Counted from the first letter of the whole stretch, positions 53,218-63,852 are shown. The stretch is 63,972 nucleotides of DNA, filler included, from Salisapilia sapeloensis CBS 127946 (GCA_023334545.1; 10 parts of 10 records of this genome joined end to end with filler, not necessarily neighbours in it); one strand, 5' to 3'. Notes: generated from the letters alone by a model not told the origin. A program made the numbers and translations.

Positions 53218-55842
53218 CTAGGACAGCCGTATCGTCTTCAGACACTTCATGCATTTGTATGCACGAGCGCCAGCAGGTAAACTCAGCAAAGTGTTGCAGT
53301 TCTGACAACGCATAATGTCGTGTGTTGTTCTCGATGACAACTTCGACACACCACGACATGAAGGGCATTTCACAGCTGACGCTCCGTTGCGGACGATCAG
53401 GTGCTTGTTGCAGTGGCCGCAGTGGACAACCTTGGTGTCTTGTGCATCAACACTCGGCGTGTTCTGGAAAGCACTCGATGACTCGGATGACTCGCCAGCC
53501 ATCGGAATCTTTTCCGATGACTGACTGTCACTCCTGTCTAGCTTGGCGGCATCCAACTCGGCTGCAGACGGGCTCGCTCCATTCACGGGTGTGATGCTAT
53601 TGTAACTAGGAGGTTTCTCGATCGGGTTCTGGCAGAATGGACAAGTGACTGGCTTGTCGTTCGAATCGGTACAAAGCTGCACTACTTGCATGCAGCTAGG
53701 GCACGCGACCGACTGCTTTGAGAACGACCCACCGGATGACTTGGAGTTCATAGAACGCGAGGAATTTTCTCCATCCGTACCGAATGCAAACCCTGTGATG
53801 TGCGCTAGACTACTCGCAGGAGCACGCTCTGACGTCTTTTCAGCACCAAGCTGCAGAAGCATTCGTGCAGCTTGTCGACTGTACCGTCTGAACTGACTGG
53901 CATTGGAAATATCAATAAGAATCGAAAGCATGTCCGAGTACTTCTCATACGAACGGAGCTTTTCACGCAAGGATGGCGACATGCAGCAAGTGCGTAGCAG
54001 CTGGAGTACGGGTGACAAGTCCAGATCATGAGAACTAGTAGAAGTACACATCAGTAGCGCTTCGACTGCTACGTCTACGATCCACATCCACTCCCCACTA
54101 TCCTCATTAAAGCTATCATGAACAAGAGCCAGCACGAGATCTACGATCGCCAACTCACACTCGACTACATGCACGTCGGAGAGTTCAGAGACACCTTGCT
54201 TGTGCAGTTCCGACTGAAGAGTTGCAAACGTCTCGGCAGGTATGGCCTGCCAGACACTCGGTGTCTCATACATTGTCAGCAGTCCTTCACATGCAGCGAC
54301 GTAGATTCCAGGAGACGCGTGACCATCGATGAACGTGGTCATCACTTGCACATACAGACTAGCTATTCTAGCCAAGAGCGTCGTTTTCTCCTCATCTTCT
54401 CTCTCCATCGTCGATTCACCCACCAGAACACAATCGAGGAACGGCAGTCCTTGCGTCAGCATCTTCATCTGCATTTCGTCTTTCTCACTTGTCAGCGTAA
54501 CATACTCGAGAACCATCAACACAGTATCGATGATGCTGTTCGTCTGCAAGAACACATCTCGATTCGGTTGTTCATCCGACAGACGGAATACCAAGGTGCA
54601 TGCACGTGTAAGGACATCCACAGCCGCTGCATTCGCATCCATAAGCTCTTCTGCACTCGTAACGCCTTCCAGTCCAGTCTCTATAGCGCCATTGAACGTC
54701 TCGATGAAGTCGTCGCACAGCATGATTCCCTCTTGACCGGATCTCCCCTGGTCTGCAATTCCGAGCAGCAGTCCAAGCGCATCGGCCGTGTCCAATTGAC
54801 TACCACGACTCGCCTGCAGGATCTCTAGTAAAACACCAGCACCACCGGATCGAGTAAAGTAAGCAATGTCATGCCTTCCGATGCGATTCAGCAACTTCTT
54901 AATCGCGTCCACTACTTCCGGTGCCAACTCCTCTCCGTCCTCCGCATTCGAGGCTTTGAGTATCGACACCATCGTATCAATACCTCCATGCGATACGATT
55001 TTACGACTAAAACCTTCCCAACCAGAGACGAGTGTAAGAAGTGTGATGATACGCGACGAGAAAGAAGGGGACACGTGATGGTCTTCACTCCCGAGCGTGT
55101 CTAAAAGGGCCTTTACAACCTCTTCCACTTCTGTAATGCATACGGAAGACAAATTCGACGCTTGTGTGCTATCCAACAGGACATACAGTAGGTTGCATCG
55201 CTTCAACGCTGCGTCTTCATTCTCCACCATGTCTGTCTCCATAATCTCTTCGCCGACTTCGATGAGAAATTCAGATTCCTTGTCTTCGTTCTCAGATGGG
55301 AGACTGCGTAGCTGCTCGTAGAACATCTTTAGAGAAGCTTCGTCGGTGATACCGTCGTGGAGGATGGAAATGACACTGTCTTGTATCCGATCTGTGCCTT
55401 TCTGTAGCCAGTAGACAAAGCAGGAAGCAGCGGTGGTGACTAGGATTTCCTTCTGTGGTTCACTCAAGCTTTCTCCATTGGTCAACAACAAGCACAGCGA
55501 CATGACACCCATGCGAGACGTCCGTATGTCTTCGTCCATTAAAAATTCAATGATTTTAGAGATGAGAACTTCGCGTTGCTCGTCTGTTAGTCCGACCTCT
55601 TCATCTTGTAACCGGCTTGGAGACTTGTGAACAATGTCAGTCAGTTTCCTCGCGGCAGTTACTTGCACTTCCCGATGACTAGCAGCCTCTAAAACGCTAA
55701 ACACAGTACGCACGTCCGCTGATTTCACCAAATAGTCCCACAGAGGACAAGTCGAAAAGTCCGAGCTCACGAGGTTCAGGACGATCTGCTCCGCCGTCTC
55801 TGATACTTCTTCCGGACCATGGAGGACGTTCCGGATGATCAC
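53218..55842 (-). CDS. Armadillo/HEAT-like helical-repeat protein with C-terminal LSD1-type zinc fingers; 5' end lost in gap
   Basis: ARM-like segments (IVSHGGIDTMVSIL, FTRSGGAGVLLEIL). LSD1-type fingers CGHCNKHLIVRNGASAVKCPSC and CQNCNTLLSLPAGARAYKCMKC. Confidence 0.78.
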   Translation of the reverse strand: MIIRNVLHGPEEVSETAEQIVLNLVSSDFSTCPLWDYLVKSADVRTVFSVLEAASHREVQVTAARKLTDIVHKSPSRLQDEEVGLTDEQREVLISKIIEFLMDEDIRTSRMGVMSLCLLLTNGESLSEPQKEILVTTAASCFVYWLQKGTDRIQDSVISILHDGITDEASLKMFYEQLRSLPSENEDKESEFLIEVGEEIMETDMVENEDAALKRCNLLYVLLDSTQASNLSSVCITEVEEVVKALLDTLGSEDHHVSPSFSSRIITLLTLVSGWEGFSRKIVSHGGIDTMVSILKASNAEDGEELAPEVVDAIKKLLNRIGRHDIAYFTRSGGAGVLLEILQASRGSQLDTADALGLLLGIADQGRSGQEGIMLCDDFIETFNGAIETGLEGVTSAEELMDANAAAVDVLTRACTLVFRLSDEQPNRDVFLQTNSIIDTVLMVLEYVTLTSEKDEMQMKMLTQGLPFLDCVLVGESTMEREDEEKTTLLARIASLYVQVMTTFIDGHASPGIYVAACEGLLTMYETPSVWQAIPAETFATLQSELHKQGVSELSDVHVVECELAIVDLVLALVHDSFNEDSGEWMWIVDVAVEALLMCTSTSSHDLDLSPVLQLLRTCCMSPSLREKLRSYEKYSDMLSILIDISNASQFRRYSRQAARMLLQLGAEKTSERAPASSLAHITGFAFGTDGENSSRSMNSKSSGGSFSKQSVACPSCMQVVQLCTDSNDKPVTCPFCQNPIEKPPSYNSITPVNGASPSAAELDAAKLDRSDSQSSEKIPMAGESSESSSAFQNTPSVDAQDTKVVHCGHCNKHLIVRNGASAVKCPSCRGVSKLSSRTTHDIMRCQNCNTLLSLPAGARAYKCMKCLKTIRLS

Positions 55843-55843
55843 A

Positions 55844-55943
55844 NNNNNNNNNNNNNNNNNNNNNNNNNNNNNNNNNNNNNNNNNNNNTTAATTAATTAAN
55901 NNNNNNNNNNNNNNNNNNNNNNNNNNNNNNNNNNNNNNNNNNN
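55844..55943. other. Artificial contig spacer
   Basis: N44-TTAATTAATTAA-N44. Confidence 0.98.
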
Positions 55944-56193
55944 GATGTCCAACTGGGTCATGGGCATCGTCATGACGTGGGTCGTCAAGCTCTTCCCGTA
56001 CATCAACATCAACGGCGTCTTCTTCCTCTTCGCCGCTCTGTGCCTCATCTGTCTGTCTTTCGTCTACTTCTTCTGCCCGGAGACGAATGGCATCCTTTTG
56101 GAAGACATTGAGGCGCTCTTTAGTTCGGGTAAGAAGCCGTACGGCAGCTCGCCCAAGTACGTCAACGCCGGGACGCCAGGGCAAACGGCGTAA
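55944..56193 (+). CDS. MFS sugar porter, 3' fragment
   Basis: NWVMGIVMT..FP....GVFFLFAALCLICLSFVYFFCPETNGILLEDIE (PETKG-type motif after TM12). Confidence 0.88.
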
Positions 56194-56959
56194 GCTCGTT
56201 TGTATCTGTCGCATAGCACCTTTTGTTGCATGAATTTCGTGAATGAATCGCCTTTGGATGCTCTTGTCCAAAGACTTTGGTTCCAAAAACCGTAGGAAGA
56301 TGTTGTTGTCTTGCAGGGTGACCAAATCAATCGAGTGTCTTAAACATACCTTCTTTTTTACTTGATTCCTATCCTTTGTACCTCTGATGATCATCAATAC
56401 ACAACGCAGGTTCTTCATTAGAAGAGCTACCTCTCTGGGACTACGCAGATGACTAGAAGAGAATCAGATCGTGCTCTCGTTCCGGTGCGACAGGTATTGA
56501 AGTTATGTTGAAGTGAAGCAGACAGGAGATGGTGCTGCTGTCGGAGGCACTGGAATAGGATCGATGGCACGACGATAGTTGGTGCGTCTGAACGTACCGA
56601 CGATAAGCATGAGCTCCATCTTTCGGTTGGTAGTAGAGGTATGCTTCCACATTCGATACCCGTGATGAGCACAAAGCAAGATTCGGCACATTGAAGCGTA
56701 TGAAGTTAACGCATATCAAATTAGATAAAATTGGTCGTATCGGCGGCGATGAGCTGATTTGAACGACTGCAATGCATTCCAGGAGAACGTGCGCTTCCAT
56801 TTTGTACTTCGAAATACGTCTCATGCCCTTATCAAGTCGTTCATATACTACATAATTCCATCCTTCTACGAGGTCGTCCTTTGTGTGGACCGCATATCGC
56901 GGTAGAAATCCAGTAGCCCCGTCAATTGCGGACTGAGCTATAGGAAGCTTTGACAGGAG

Positions 56960-56976
56960 GTCATTACCATATTTTC
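56960..56976 (+). promoter_or_regulatory. INR+FPR-like core promoter of the secreted acidic protein gene
   Basis: GTCATTACCATATTTTC, about 45 nt upstream of ATG 57019. Confidence 0.5.
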
Positions 56977-57018
56977 ACTCCGACCACCACCAGCAAGAAA
57001 CCAAGCTTTCTACCAAGT

Positions 57019-57639
57019 ATGAAACTTTCTGTCATTTTCGCTACTCTCGTCGTTGGCATTGCTCTGACCTCAAGCCGCGTAACTGCACAAACCGTTGCGA
57101 AGGATGAATACGGTGATATCATTACGGAAAGCGAGGTCGAAGGAGATGGAGTCAAAGTTGAAGAGGACGGGAAAGAAAAGTTTGATACCAACGCGTCTCC
57201 GGTTGCGATAGACGATGGAAATCACCAAGCCTTGAGTGACGAGGATTTTGAGAATGAAGGTGAGACGAAAGAGATAAAACCGGATGATTTGGAGTCTCCA
57301 GATGAGGCGCTTGCTGACCAGGAACTTCGTGCAGCTGAAGCCGAAGCTGAACCTGAAGGAGAAGTTGAAGAGGAAGTTGAAGGGGAAATGTTGACAAACG
57401 ATGAGTCTTTTAAGGACGGAGACGAAGGAGATGCTGATTTTGAGGAGGGCTTCATTGAAGGGGAAGAGGGATCATTCAATATGGATGACGAGGAGGATGG
57501 GCTGGATGAGGGAGAAACCGTGGAAGAAGCAGCGGAAGAGATGGAGACGCCTGCCCCTGAAGAGCATGAAAACGAAGGAATCGCTTCCGTCAAGCCTGCC
57601 ACCGTTGACTTTGAAAATGGAAGGAACATGCGTGCATAA
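57019..57639 (+). CDS. Secreted, highly acidic, Cys-free protein of unknown function (206 aa)
   Basis: Signal peptide MKLSVIFATLVVGIALTSSRVTA; 69 of about 183 mature residues are D or E. Confidence 0.8.
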   Translation: MKLSVIFATLVVGIALTSSRVTAQTVAKDEYGDIITESEVEGDGVKVEEDGKEKFDTNASPVAIDDGNHQALSDEDFENEGETKEIKPDDLESPDEALADQELRAAEAEAEPEGEVEEEVEGEMLTNDESFKDGDEGDADFEEGFIEGEEGSFNMDDEEDGLDEGETVEEAAEEMETPAPEEHENEGIASVKPATVDFENGRNMRA

Positions 57640-57915
57640 AAGATTGGAAACTCATTACTTTGCCCTTGGTTACCACTTCTTTTTTGTTACATTTTCCTCT
57701 AGTAACCTCGAGACATTCGACATGGAAACTTGGGTTTAATACCTCTGACCAACGCTCTACCGACTTATATGGACTAGTACTCGCTCTTTTCATCCTCTGA
57801 AAACTAGTCATTAGATACATGCATACGTCTTGAACGAAAACATTCTTTCATTTTCGTCATTATCTACATATCGAAACTCAACTGGAAACTAAGCGTAATA
57901 ACGCTTGGGAGTAGC

Positions 57916-58040
57916 CTAGGCCGTCTGACCCGGCGTCTCGGCGCTGACGTACTTGGGCGAGCTGCCGTACGGCTTCTTACCCGAACTAAAGAGCGCCTCA
58001 ATGTCCTCGAGCATGACGCCCATGGTCTCCGGGCAGAAGA
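57916..58040 (-). CDS. Second MFS sugar porter, 3' fragment (convergent paralogue of 55944-56193; absent from the ORF track)
   Basis: The minus strand reads FCPETMGVMLEDIEALFSSGKKPYGSSPKYVSAETPGQTA*. Confidence 0.88.
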
Positions 58041-58140
58041 NNNNNNNNNNNNNNNNNNNNNNNNNNNNNNNNNNNNNNNNNNNNTTAATTAATTAANNNN
58101 NNNNNNNNNNNNNNNNNNNNNNNNNNNNNNNNNNNNNNNN
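58041..58140. other. Artificial contig spacer
   Basis: N44-TTAATTAATTAA-N44. Confidence 0.98.
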
Positions 58141-58418
58141 ACGATAACACGAGGCATTTGCCATCCAGTACCGTCAGTGTATGAGTCTTTCACCACACGT
58201 TGAGACGGATGACGCTCACGATACATGGTCACATTGCCGGATGACTTAATAGGTTTCCATCGTCTTTGGTCCAATCCGCGAGGTACCGACTGGTCAAATT
58301 CGCGATAATTTCGCAATGTTTCGTGGACAAGTATCATCGCGATGCGCTTGCAGTCAGCCTTCTTTTCTTCCGAGAGAGAGACGTCTTTATATGCGTCTGC
58401 TGTCCATTGTGTGGTCAT
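58141..58418 (-). CDS. START-like/FYVE family protein, copy 1, 5' fragment
   Basis: Near-identical to the N-terminus of 59701-60887. Confidence 0.85.
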
Positions 58419-58590
58419 GAGTTCGAAGCTAGTGTCAGCACACTAATTCAAGAATGACACGAAGTCACAATTCGAATTCTTGGAGTGGAGACGATGCGGC
58501 GGGAACCATTGCTGACGTACTTCATCTACCACCCTCTATATTGTCTTTGTCTTGCCTCGCGTCAGGCAAGTAACATCCCTCGGACAGAGA
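58141..58590 (-). repeat. Left arm (450 bp or more) of an inverted duplication; partner 59529-59978
   Basis: Reverse-complement match covering about 170 bp of promoter/5'UTR plus the CDS start. Confidence 0.93.
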
Positions 58591-59528
58591 GTGGTAGTTG
58601 TCTGTAGGTATGGATAACTGCATAGTAGGGCCAAATCGTACAGATTGGCAATTTTGAACAGTTCTCAATACGAGAAGGGCATGCTTAATTGTTTTGAGCT
58701 TCCCAGGTCGTCTGAGAGCAGCACCAATTGAGCTATCCGGTAAGGTTTGGAGAGAAAAGGAGTGCTTTTAATTCCCTCGGAAGTTACATAGACACTAGCA
58801 TTTGATGTGTTTATCACGTGTCAACTACGTTTTATATACTTATTTTTTGTATAAGCTACCTAGAGGTTGTGGAATCGCGAATGAAGTGTCAGTGGAGCCG
58901 TGAATGCAGTAGTGCACCTGAAAAGTGCACGCCTCCGAGCAATTGACATATACAGGTGTATAAAAGATTGAGGGTTCGTTTGAACAAAATTGCGTATCTA
59001 TTTCGAGAAAAATGACCACCAGAGGAGCCATAATACTTTCCTTCAAAGATATCAATGATCTTCGTACACTTGTGGTCTGACAATGTAAAGCACAAGTACA
59101 AAAATCACATATAGATAATTCCTTAGCCGATTCTAAATCCGCATCTTGTTCTATCTTTTATATATGAAGACAAATCCTCCGATAAAGCATTTTTATTAAT
59201 TTTGGTATGATGCACTATTGGGGTGCACTATTGTAGACTAGCAGTTGAAGAAAGTCGAGCATAAAATGGCTAGCATGATGTGATATCGTTTGCTCGTCAA
59301 CTTGGCCCATCATATTCACGTTTATTCATCAAGTGTCTATTGATTAACACTAGATCTATTTAGTTGCATTTCCTCGTCTAGAAGGGCCCATTTGGAGCCG
59401 TCATATTCAGTAGCATGTGCTCTTTTATTACGTACCTGCCTTGACAACCTCTGAGCAGATCTTGTAGGTATAAGAGAAATCAATGTGATGGAACGGTCAC
59501 AAATCAAGTGTTTATCGCATCGCTCCCT

Positions 59529-59978
59529 TCTCTGTCCGAGGGATGTTACTTGCCTGACGCGAGGCAAGACAAAGACAATATAGAGGGTGGTAGATGAAGT
59601 ACGTCAGCAATGGTTCCCGCCGCATCGTCTCCACTCCAAGAACTCGAATTGTGACTTCGTGTCATTCTTGAATTAGCGTGCTGACACTAGCTTCGAACTC
59701 ATGACCACACAATGGACAGCAGACGCGTATAAAGACGTCTCTCTCTCGGAAGAAAAGAAGGCTGACTGCAAGCGCATCGCGATGATACTCGTCCACGAAG
59801 CACTTCGGCATTACCAAAAGTTTGATCGTTCAGTACCTCGAAAAGTAGATGACGATCGCTGGAAACCTATTAAGTCATCCGGCAATGTGACCATGTATCG
59901 TGAGCGTCATCCGTCTCAACGTGTGGTGAAAGACTCATACACTGACGGTACTGGATGGCAAATGCCTCGTGTTATCGT
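59529..59978 (+). repeat. Right arm of the inverted duplication
   Basis: Matches the reverse complement of 58141-58590 except for 2 SNPs, one 2-bp indel and a 60-bp divergent patch. Confidence 0.93.
59661..59677 (+). promoter_or_regulatory. INR+FPR-like core promoter, duplicated in both arms
   Basis: GTCATTCTTGAATTAGC, about 25-40 nt upstream of the ATG. Confidence 0.55.
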
Positions 59979-60887
59979 CGGTAATGGGACGATCTCGAAT
60001 AATATCGATGATATTTTATTTGGTCTCCCATGCGGCGACGAGGCAGCAGCTTTGCAAAGTGTAAGCTACTCAAAATCACCAGTAACAAACGCCCAGATTC
60101 TTTCGGTGATTGAGAAGCCGACTCTGGAGCATCCATATCGCTCCACTTTTCTCCAATGGCATTCTGCTAGTCCAAGTCCGGCGCTCCGAGGGGTTGTCAA
60201 AGACCGGGATGCCGTTTACATTCGAGCGACCGGGGTCCTTCAAGTCTCTAGAGACGAGCGTATTGGGTACACTCTCATGCATTCGATCGACTTACCGTTC
60301 ACCCCTCCTCTTGAGGGGAGAGACACAATACGATCCCGCATTTCATCTTGTATCCTATATAAGCCCATTTCGGATCAATCGGTAGAAGTGTTCATCAAAG
60401 CGTACTATGAAGTATTTGGAAACAATGTTTTCGACTCCATCGCTGTCGTCACGGTGGCCAGTACACTCATGGACAGCTGGACTTCGAGCAAATGTGCGAA
60501 ATTGAAAAAACTTTCGTGGCTTCTACAAAGGAAAAATGCGAACAAAGATGAAGTCATGGGTTTCATAAGCAGCACTGAAGCTGAAAGCAAGTCCGGATGT
60601 CGGTGCTGTAAAAAGCGATTTGGCCCCTTACGTAAAGCTTACCCGTGCACCTTGTGCGAGTCGTCCTCTTGTGGGAAATGCATCCTTTCCGTGGAGCTAA
60701 TCGACGTCATCCCCGAATTAAAGCTGGCGACCAAGAAAGTTAGCCTCTGCAGCACTTGCGACCAATTTGTTAGTCAAGTCAATTCGTATAAAGTTGCTCG
60801 ACAAGAAATTCGAGCTGGCAGATATGAAAAGGGGGGAAGTGGATCCACAATCGTTGAGCCATCCAGAATATCTCAGCTGGAGGAAGA
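59701..60887 (+). CDS. START-like domain + FYVE-like zinc finger protein (oomycete-expanded family), 3' end in gap
   Basis: RWKPIKSSGNVTMYRER, GTISNNIDDILFG, DRDAVYIRATG and GYTLMHSIDLP; FYVE-like CRCCKKRF..CTLCESSSCGKC..LCSTC. Confidence 0.88.
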
Positions 60888-60987
60888 NNNNNNNNNNNNN
60901 NNNNNNNNNNNNNNNNNNNNNNNNNNNNNNNTTAATTAATTAANNNNNNNNNNNNNNNNNNNNNNNNNNNNNNNNNNNNNNNNNNNN
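60888..60987. other. Artificial contig spacer
   Basis: N44-TTAATTAATTAA-N44. Confidence 0.98.
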
Positions 60988-62424
60988 AATACTAGAGAGA
61001 AGTATCACTCAAATTAGTCTTTACGGATGTAAACGTGTGGGTCAAGACGACCTCGAAGAGCTAGATGGGGTGTGAAAATCAGACGTACCGAACGGTCGCG
61101 TCGAGGATCGCTCGGAGCTACCTCAAGACGGTTCAACTTATCAAAGAAGAATCAACGATTATCAAATTTATGCGCGGGTGGTGAGAATAGGACCGGAGAA
61201 TGGTTATTTTGTCATGGGGGAGGAGTATATCGTTGCCATGTGAGCAACGAAAAGAAAGTGTAAGGCGATGGATAGAAAAAAGTCTGAAAGCTCGGCAAAG
61301 CTCGACATTTTTATTACTACCTATGACAGACAAAAACCACATTGGAACCAGCTCCCGATCCACCAACTCAACAAAATGCGCTTGAGCAACTACCACCACC
61401 AAATCAAGTATCGACAGTTAAAGTTCCATTTTTCTTCCTTCAAAAAGCCAATGTATAACTTTTGCATACTTTGTGGTAACCTAGTTTTGCTGCTGCAAGG
61501 GGTCTCTAGTAGACCTACCGTAGTTTCACTAAATTTCCACTTGCCACATTGGAATATATATCGAATGGTAACTGGTATCAAGTTGAAGACTGCGCTCGAT
61601 GACTCCAGCATTCTGACCTTCCGTATACCGGCCCCCCATGATGCCAAACATGATTGAGCTAATTCTTGTATGGATGATTCACCCTCCATGACGAGCAACA
61701 ATCAATCGTCTACTCCTATATTGGATATTTATCGGGATATAGACAAAGAAGGTAAGCTTCGAATACCTCGATAGAATCTTCGACAAAGGTGTCTCCGTCG
61801 ATATATCGGACACGAATACTGCTTCTACCATTTCTCCCTTCGATGACAACGTACGTGTCACACGTGTCTTTAAACTATAAATGAAGGGTTTGCGAATGAA
61901 TTTTTTAAAACGATGTAATGATTCTAGCTAAGCGTAGTTCGCAAAGTCTGCCTGACGTAAAGATCACTTACTAAATTGAAGTAGCTCCATATACCTCATA
62001 ACTTTAAAGTTCAAACATGTCATGGAATTAAGATATTCGAGTTGGTAGCCACTACTAGGTTTTCGGATTAAACATGAAAGTGATAGGCCACTTTCAAATG
62101 CTCCATTCAAAGCAGAGCTTCGCAATTTCACAATGGAGTCAAAGATGTTTTGGCCGCAAACCGCAACACCTACAACTACTGGTTTGGCGGACAAGATAGA
62201 ATCATGACTGTGTCAGGCTTCTAGTTCTTGCTTGATTTAAGATACACATGCCTACCTCATGATAGCGCAAGATCGAAGCCTAAATACAAGCTCCGGGTCA
62301 ACTATACTAGAGTTAATGAACGCAAGAAGTCGAAGTCGCTAGTCGACACCACTTCTCAAGTTACCGGCTACTGCCAACTACCGAAACCTACTATCAACGC
62401 CTCTGTCAAAATTCATCTGAAGAC

Positions 62425-62747
62425 ATGGTGACCTGGACATTTCTGCTTTTGACGCCTTGGATTATATGCCTCTCGACTGCTTTGGCTACGAAAAAGTGTG
62501 ACAAGCGTACGAATATTCTCATGTCGGATTGCGATGGGGTATGCGACGTGGCATGCATTATCCACCAGAAAGAAAATCGACGTCTCACTGGCTTCGGGGC
62601 TGGTGACTTAACCGACTCAGTCTATTTTGCCGACAAACCAACTATGCGGCCAGAAGTTCGAAACAGGATATCGAGTTCTACTACAAGAGCTCAAATTGCA
62701 CATCTTGTTGAAAGCGATACGGAGTCTGGATGTCAATATCTGTGCAA
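62425..62747 (+). CDS. Possible secreted Cys-containing protein, 5' fragment
   Basis: Signal-peptide-like start MVTWTFLLLTPWIICLSTALA followed by a Cys-rich segment; runs into the gap. No family recognised. Confidence 0.35.
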
Positions 62748-62847
62748 NNNNNNNNNNNNNNNNNNNNNNNNNNNNNNNNNNNNNNNNNNNNTTAATTAAT
62801 TAANNNNNNNNNNNNNNNNNNNNNNNNNNNNNNNNNNNNNNNNNNNN
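62748..62847. other. Artificial contig spacer
   Basis: N44-TTAATTAATTAA-N44. Confidence 0.98.
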
Positions 62848-62928
62848 GTTGGCACCGTCGGCAGCAATTGGCGTGATCGCGAGTACGAAGGCGGCAAGTC
62901 CGAGGGTCATGATCGTGGAAACCTTCAT
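62848..62928 (-). CDS. Secreted protein, signal peptide only (remainder in gap)
   Basis: MKVSTIMTLGLAAFVLAITPIAADGAN, preceded by an INR+FPR. Confidence 0.7.
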
Positions 62929-62975
62929 TGTCTTGTGGTAACTTGGGATGGAGAGGCTGTCTTGAGTTTGGATGA

Positions 62976-62993
62976 GCAAATTGCTGACTGAGT
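62976..62993 (-). promoter_or_regulatory. INR+FPR core promoter
   Basis: Minus strand ACTCAGTCAGCAATTTGC, about 50 nt upstream of ATG 62928. Confidence 0.65.
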
Positions 62994-63852
62994 GGGCTGG
63001 AGTGCGGGCAGGCTGGAAGAAGTCTAGGATGTTGCTTGGAATTGTCGAAGCAATGTCCGAGGCATTTCCAGGGTAGACGGTCGGAATATGCCAACTCTTT
63101 GGAACGGTCTGCGAGTGCGTAGATTCGACTTGACAAAGACATTTCTGACCCCAACGCATCGATCAAGATGGATGGAGGTGGACGAACGAAAGACGCTTTC
63201 TCATTGTAAGCAATAGCCATGCTTGAAGTGCTTTTGAAAGATCACTACTTTTGACATTTAAATCCTACAAGTTATACTTTCACCGCCTTCGGGCCGGCAT
63301 CCTGTCCTCAATGATCGACATCGCCATTGCTCACGATCCGAATATCCGTGGTGCGTGCACACTATTGTCCCGCACCACAACGCTAACCTACAGGTCCGTT
63401 CATAGCATCTCGACATCCTAAATCACTGGAGCAAGCGATAGCAACTTCAGAGCAAACCTTCTCATCTATTTCGCGAGAGCTGCATCCCGGACATACCAAA
63501 CACGAAAACCAAAGCCTTCGAGGACATGACGAGCATCCAGCGGGTGCCACCGCTTGCTCCAAGCTCGACATGGAAACCCTGATTTATGTATTTTATCCAG
63601 CGACACTCCGAAATTTATTCGGCATCCTCGGTTGTACTGCCTTTTGTATGCTTCTGAACTTTCAGGCCTCGTCGCAGGGGCCGATATTTTTTCGAATCTG
63701 CGAAATCGTGTTTAAAAATTGGTCTGCCACATATGACCGGATACTTTAGAGCGAGAAAGACGCCACAGCGACCGAAGAGATCCGATGCGCATCATCCGCT
63801 TCAACTATCCTTCACCATGGAGGCGCCATGGTCCGCTTCGGAGTAGGAAGAA

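Noticed and set aside
53123-53368. Overlapping ORF with a SPRY-like YFEVKVL ending
   Set aside because: It is an alternative frame over the LSD1 fingers, only 81 aa, with no other SPRY motifs and no splice route found to use it.
60988-62420. Several 60-130-aa ORFs on both strands
   Set aside because: They are AT-rich, mutually overlapping and carry no recognisable domain; this may be intergenic or degenerate sequence.
5438-62803. Recurring TTAATTAATTAA 12-mer at irregular spacing, and ORFs ending in X..LIN or X..N
   Set aside because: It is always centred in N runs of fixed length, so it is an assembly linker, not a biological repeat or CRISPR array.
57019-62928. RxLR or CRN effectors among the secreted proteins
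   Set aside because: No RxLR-dEER after a signal peptide and no LxLFLAK motif; two of the candidates are truncated by gaps.
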